64,000 bases of DNA from the human T2T-CHM13v2.0 reference genome, Homo sapiens. Below, piece by piece: positions 57,032-64,000 of this stretch (the stretch's first letter is position 1; the number at the start of each line of letters is the position of its first letter). The notes below the pieces were generated by a model. The model made no database searches, was not told the origin of the DNA, and saw nothing but the letters and a program-made list of their open reading frames with translations. The stretch lies in assembly GCF_009914755.1 (NCBI RefSeq), contig NC_060929.1. The stretch is one strand, 5' to 3'. A program made the position numbers and the translations under genes.

Positions 57032-57480
57032 GAGAGAGAGAGAGAGAGAGAATGAGAGAGGAGATAGTGCTTGTTAAAAGATACAGAGATATAAGATCTA
57101 CTTAAGAGACATAACCATCAAATAATACAGTAGACCTCATTTAGATCCTGATCCAAATAAAGCAGTTCAAAAAGGCATTTTATAGACTGTCAGGTAATTT
57201 TGAATGAGGACAGTATTCAATGATATTAAGGAATTCTGGATTTTGTAAATGACAGTGGACTTGTGGTTATTTAAAAGAAATGTTCTTATTCTTTTGAGAA
57301 GCATATTTAAATATTTAGGAGTAAAACAGCATGATGCTGGAATTGGCTCTAAAATAATCTGGCAAAAAAGGAGGAGAGGAATGCAGAGATGAAGTGAGTA
57401 GGCAAAATGCTTATGATTGTCGAATATTGAGATTCTTTGTTACTATTTCTGTATATGTTTAACATTTTTTTCTTAACACA
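56270..57480. mobile_element. Old L1M (L1ME/MC-like) fragments with (TG)n(GA)n at about 56997-57060
   Basis: L1M 3'-end-like motifs (catggtacattcacaaaatggaat). Confidence 0.6.
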
Positions 57481-57890
57481 GTGCTTAAAAAAACTAGCAG
57501 GGTGGCATAGACCTGAGGCCTTGCAATCTTGAAGTATGAATTAATTTTAGATCTCTGTATTTGTAGGCTGCTGATACCAGACAGTAGGCTTTTGGGCAGA
57601 ACCCTACACATAAGTACAGATAACTTCCTCATCCTGTGCCCCAGGGTAGTCATGTATTCTGAAGCCTGCCAATCATGTCCTAATACAAGTTATGTGTTGA
57701 ACTAAGTAGGTAAAAATGGGAAGTGGTTTTTTAGAAGCCTGTAGAACTGTGGGGTCATTATTTATCTGGCTAATGCTTTAAGATGAAGGGTAGTGGGGAA
57801 AATAGGAAGGTCTGACAGGGCAGGTATGAAAGTCTGATGGAGTATATTTTGCCTGTGGAGTCTCCTTGGAAAGATATGAAGGAAAGTTCC

Positions 57891-58545
57891 TGCTATGCTT
57901 TGAATATGTCCTCCAAAGTTCATGTGTTGAGAACTTAATTGCCATTGTAATACTAAGAGGTGAGGCCTTTGGGAGGTGATTGGATCATGAAGATTCCACA
58001 CTCATGAATGAATTAATACTATTATTGCAGGGTGGGTTAGTTATCGCGGGACTGGACTCCTGATAAAGCAAGTAAGTTATTGGGTGGCCGAGGTAGGCAG
58101 ATCACGAGGTCAGGAGTTCAAGACCATCCTGGCCAACATAGCGAAACCCCGTCTCTACTAAAAATACAAAAATTAGCTGGGCGTGGTTGCGCATGCCTGT
58201 AATCCCAGCTATTCAGGAGGCTGAGGCAGGAGAATCGCTTGAACCAGGGACTCAGAGGTTGCAGTGAGCCAAGATTGCACCACTGCACTCCAGCCTGGCC
58301 ACAGAGTGAGACTCTGCCTCAAAAAGAAAAAAAAAAGATTGGGGGTAAGTTAGGCCTCCATTTGCTCTGTCCACATGCTTGCTTTCACCTTCCTCCATGG
58401 AATCACACAGCAAGAAGGCCCTCACCAGATACCAGAGCCAGGCTCTTGGACTTCCTAGCTCCCAACTATGAGAAATAAATTACTTTTCTATACAAATTAC
58501 CCAGGCTGTGGCATTCTGTGAAGCAGCAGGAAACCGACTAAGACA
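57891..58545 (+). mobile_element. MST/MLT1A-type MaLR LTR interrupted by a 5'-truncated AluS (58081-58336)
   Basis: TGCTATG...ACTAAGACA termini; Alu flanked by gtaagtta repeats. Confidence 0.85.
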
Positions 58546-59949
58546 GTGACCTTGGAAGCACAAGAACAAGGACATCCCAGGACCTTGGGCCAGCTCTCAG
58601 ATCATCTCAGGCTCCAGGTGAGTTCATTCACCCTTCCAGCCCCTGCCTTTCCTTGACACATAGGGGTTCACCAGAAGCCCCACTGAGACTTCCCTAGGCT
58701 GGAAAAGATCTACTCTGTTACGGACTCCAGATCAGTGTCTTTTCTTATGCCGAGTTACAAACAGATCTGCTTAGTGAGAAACAGAACTGCACACATCTTG
58801 CTTTGCTTTGAAGCAGGAGGCTTTTGAGATGTCACCATTGTAACCTCATTTTCTTTCACTCCAATTTCTGCTTAGCGATGCACTTTCTTGTAGCCACAGA
58901 CATGCTCATCTGCAGAAAGTCACCAGTTTTCTTTGATATTGTGACAACATTATAACTGTCACTGATGAAAATGCTTTATTTATATGTCCTTGTAATTTAT
59001 TCTTCATTTTATAGACCCAAAGTCCTCCAGGCACTGCCACAAATCCACATAATGTCCTTGAAATGCACACTTCGCATTTAAAACTTAGATTTAGCTGACT
59101 GGTGGGGGAAAAAACCACGTGTTGCCAGACCTATCCTCAGTGCCCATGAATATGGACGACCCAGAGAGAATATGTATGTGCAGCTGCTGCCCCAGTAGTT
59201 GCAAAGGTGCTGATTAGCTTAGAGGAGACATTTTGCTTTTCTCGTCTCCTTTGGCATAACTGATGTCACATACGGTTGGAGAAAAGGGACTTCCTCAGTT
59301 TGTCTCACTCTATTCCGGCCCTACAGCAAAAGGCTCAATGCTGTCATTTCCCTCCTTCTCCTGAATATATAAGTGCCCATGACACCTAAATTATTCTGTG
59401 CCTCAGCCTTTTGTGTGCTTTACTAAGCACTTTACTGCCCTAATGTGATGCAGAAGATTGAGAATCCAGGAGGAGCTCTGCTAAGCCAGTGGCCTGAGTG
59501 AGCTCCTTGAAAATAGAAAGCAGGTAAATGAAGTAGCTTGGTTTCAACCCAGTGAAAAACTGATAACGAGTGGATGACGCTACCAAGAGGATCAAGGAGG
59601 CCACCATAAGCCTGTGCCATAATATTGAATCATCTCTGGTTAGGTGGAAATGGCAATAGATCCTGTGCCTTTGATTTCTAGGAGAAAGAGGCAAGTGACA
59701 AGAAACACAGCTGATAAGAGAATTTAGAAACCAAACACATTTTAGAGAATGTCTAGGGCTCAGCATACACGTAGCCCTTCCCTTATAGCTTTTATAATCA
59801 CAATTGTATCATCAAAATGGCCACGATGATAGAGGCACCAAAGCACCACATGCTCTGGAATTATCTAGGAAGCATTAGATTGTTTTCAGACTATTGTAAT
59901 TTTTTAAGGCAAAAGGTACACACACATGCACACACACACACTATTCTTC

Positions 59950-60400
59950 ACATTCTGTTTGATTGAGAGTACACTACTGACATCATGACCCTTAAGCCCT
60001 ATACACCAATGTTTATATATCCTAAAAACAAGGATATTATATGACTATAGTGCCATTATGAAATTCAAGATATTTAATATTGATACAATGTAATTATCCA
60101 ACATACTGTCTATATCCAAATTTTGCCAATTGTCCCATTATTGTTCTTTATAGTAATTTTTGTTTTTCCAATCCAGGATCACACATTGCATTTAGTTGTT
60201 ATATCTCCTTAGACTCCTTTAATCTGAGACAGTTCCTCAGCCTTTGTCTTTCACAACATGAATGTCCTTTGAAGAATGCAGGCCTATATTTTGCAGAATG
60301 TCCCAGTTATGGGTTTGTATGTTCCTCATAATTTGACTCTGGTTACACATTTTTGGTAGAAATACTGCATTAGTAAGGGTGTGTCATTCTCCCTATCAAT
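59950..60400 (-). mobile_element. Old L1M 3' fragment
   Basis: caatccaggatcacacattgcatttagttg...ttttgcagaatgtccc. Confidence 0.7.
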
Positions 60401-61359
60401 ATTCAAATGAAACATTTTTGAGCATGAGTTCTGATAGCCAGGGTTCCAGAACAGCACAACGGTAATGCAACAGAGAGTGAAAGGACAAGATGCAGAGAAG
60501 GAACACTGGGCCCCAGCAGACAGCATGGCCACCGCCAGGACCACGTGCTTCTGTTACTTTTTCCAGGCAGACACCCACTACCATTGCAGTTTCTCGGATC
60601 TCCACATGACCATTTCCTATAAACCCAGCCTTCTCTTCCTAGAGAAGTCTAGAAATGTGGTTAATTTCCAAAGTCCCTTTCTCACCTCTCTGCTTCTGCT
60701 GGCTCCAGTGCAGATGGGACTTCTTGATGTGAACTCACACAGCGAGTAGAGCTGTGGCAAGGCCACGTGGTATTCATGACAATTGCCTCATGCCCATCAC
60801 TATTCTAAGTCAAGGGGCATTCGCTTGGGACTCACTGTGCACTGGGACCTGTGTCATCTGCTTTGTCTCCAGCTCTGTCTCAGACCTGTGCTCCCAGAGC
60901 TACATCTGTATTTGCAATCCCTTTTCCCTCTAGGTATTCATTTGCATTTTCTCAATCAGGCTCTTATTTTCCTCCCTTCTGCTGTATATCTAACTCCCTC
61001 TCATCCCACTGTATTTTCTTTCCTTGCAAGTGTTGAAACATTTTCTAATTTGGAACTCTGAATTTCACTCAAGTGCTTATTCTCACCTTTTCGGATTTCT
61101 CATCTGCGCTTGACACACGCAGCAGCCACCTCCCCATGCATCAGAAGTCTGGGACACTGACCTCCAACGCTTCCTCATTAAGCATGCCTCCATCCAAGAT
61201 AGAGCAAGTCGACTGAGCCAAATCCCAGAGCAACAATTAGTCTCTGAAAACAAAACAAACACTCCCTAGAGAGCACATTCCTGTAACTTCATTGTCAATC
61301 TGATTCCTCCAGGCAAAGGGCATTCCAGTTACATGCACTTTATTTTCTGTTTGTCTGTA

Positions 61360-61520
61360 AAGTCAGACTGCTTGGGTTCAAATCCTAGCTCTCAACCACC
61401 AAGCTGTGTTCTCTGAGCCTCCCTTTTCCTCAAATGTAGATTGAAGTTAGGAACTTCGCCTTGCAAGTTTACTGTGAGGATTAATGCGATAATGTGTGTC
61501 AGCACTAAACAAGAAGAGTT
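61360..61520 (+). mobile_element. MIR SINE
   Basis: gtcagactgcttgggttcaaatcctagctc...gtgaggattaatg. Confidence 0.7.
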
Positions 61521-62260
61521 AGCGTTTAACTGGATCATCACAACCTCACATCATTATCGAAAGCTATTGGGAAGCCCTTGTGTCTATGAACTTGGAGTTC
61601 CTTTCAAAAAAGAGCTCTGCTAACCAGTCCCCATCCCACACCTAGGGACTGAAGGGCTCACTTCTATCACAGTTTTGAGGGAAAAGGATGGCCAAGCTGA
61701 GCTCACTTGAAAAGGGGAGGCATGCCCACATTCCCAAGTAAATATTTCAAGAGTGCATCTAAAATGATGCCACAATCCAAATCACAGAACACGAATTCCA
61801 GCTGTTCTTTGCATATTTATCAGCTTCCAAAGACTTGATACGGGTCCTAATATTTTTGCTTAAGTCACACATATATAGGGACACAAACATTCACAGAGAG
61901 AGAGAGAGACAGAGAGAGAAAACATGTAGCATTTGACAATGGAAGAATCTATGTAGCCTGTAGGTGTTCACTGTAATAGTCTCAGAACTTGTAGGTAGGT
62001 TTGGATATTTTTCCAAACAAAAAGTTTTATTTAAAAATTAATCTTGACTCCTACTTGTATGTAAAAAACAAAAACAATTTTGATCCATCTAAATGTGAAA
62101 CCTAGAAATAGCAAATAAATACAAAACAATAAAGCTTCTAGAAGAAACATGGGATAATATCACGGTCTTGAGGTAGGCAAAGATTTCTTAAACAGGACAG
62201 AATTGTACTGAAAATACAGGAAAAAAATAAGTTGAGGTATATTAAAATTAAGAACTTTGG

Positions 62261-62936
<676 letters not shown>

Positions 62937-63349
62937 GATCCCAAGTGGCAAACTGGGCCTAAATTTTAAATACAGCCGAGCAGCCACTTGCTGACTAGAG
63001 GTCACACATGTACTCTGAGTTTCTGAAAACCCCCATCTCTGTTTAATTTTGGAACTTTCTGATCTCACCTGAACCAACCAATCAGGGCTCAGCTTTATCA
63101 ACCAGTCAGGGTCCAGCTGCACCAACCGATCAGAACTAAGCAAGTTTGAATCCTTCTGCTGCGTAAATGAATTTGATTGGGAAGCTGAGTGGGAAAATTT
63201 CTCTCTATGGAGGCCAAGTTCCTCATTTGTTCCCTGGAATGCACCTTCCAAAGGCTACGTGCCAAAGGCCGTGTCTCCTCAGTTTGCGAACTGTTCATTG
63301 GAATAAAGTCTCCTTCGTCAAATTCCACCTCAGAGAACTTTTATTCACA
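62937..63349 (+). mobile_element. ERV1 LTR fragment (MER67-like)
   Basis: tandem CCAATCA-type boxes, AATAAA and terminal ...ttattcaca. Confidence 0.6.
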
Positions 63350-64000
63350 GGCTTAATAGGGTAATGGCAGTCACATGAACATGCAGACATTATGTGGTTA
63401 ACTATGCATGAGCTGAAGGGGGAAGAAGAAAAGAGGAAAGGAAAGCAGCTTGGAAGGGTGAGTAAAGTTCGGGGTAATTTACCCTTGAAAAACGGCCAAA
63501 CCCTTAAGTCAAAAGCAAGAGTTTATTCTTTTAGCCACCCCTCCTTTTATCCCTTGCCAGCAGCCTGGAAAGTTCCAGAATCTCAGGAATAAGTTCCATT
63601 TTTCTTTGCATCCCCCAGCTCCCTCCCTAGTATCCACACAGTAGCAAGGGCTCCCTAAACAGCCTTCGAATCTTGTTCTTGAGAACTCACTCACACGTGA
63701 TAGATGAAACAAAAGAAAATACAGATCTGATGCTAACTGAATAGCTGACAAGGTCATTTAAAATCAGACTTCTTTCAGAGGGAGGGCTGCAGGAATGTTG
63801 TTGTATTGGAAGGTTTCAGTTTCATCTGGCTTATCCAAAAAGGAAAGACTTTGCTGCCACACAGGGCTAGGCTTGCAGGCCCTAGAACACTGAGCACCAC
63901 TCCTGAGACATGAATAGCACTGAAGGCCCCAGAACAGGCAGCCAAAGGACTAGGGGGCCTCCCGCTGATGCAAGGATTTCAAAGTTAAACTTGTAGGTGT

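Overview
Mammalian, almost certainly human, genomic DNA with spliceosomal introns and Alu/L1PA repeats. It holds the 3' half of MAST4 on the + strand: 15 coding exons covering the AGC kinase domain, AGC C-tail, PDZ domain and a ~1300-aa low-complexity terminal exon, with the stop at 37200-37202 and a 3' UTR to about 39.75 kb. It also holds the convergent CD180/RP105 gene on the - strand: exon 2 at 55999-56165 and exon 3 CDS at 53005-54733, with exon 1 beyond the right edge. All splice junctions were read by eye; they are GT-AG and keep the reading frame. The rest is typical intronic and intergenic repeat content (Alu, MIR, L2, L1, MER5/MER58/Tigger4, THE1/MST/MLT1, ERV1 LTRs). I found no convincing novel biological system. 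The best leads are: a frame-preserving MAST4 exon with a weak donor and two adjacent RBFOX motifs; inverted Alus bracketing the PDZ exons (circRNA candidate); a twin-primed 5'-inverted young L1 with an open ORF2 C-terminus; a TSD-less AluY that appears to mark a deletion; an unexplained ~120-bp intronic direct repeat; and a consensus CTCF site. Repeat subfamily names and boundaries are by-eye estimates.
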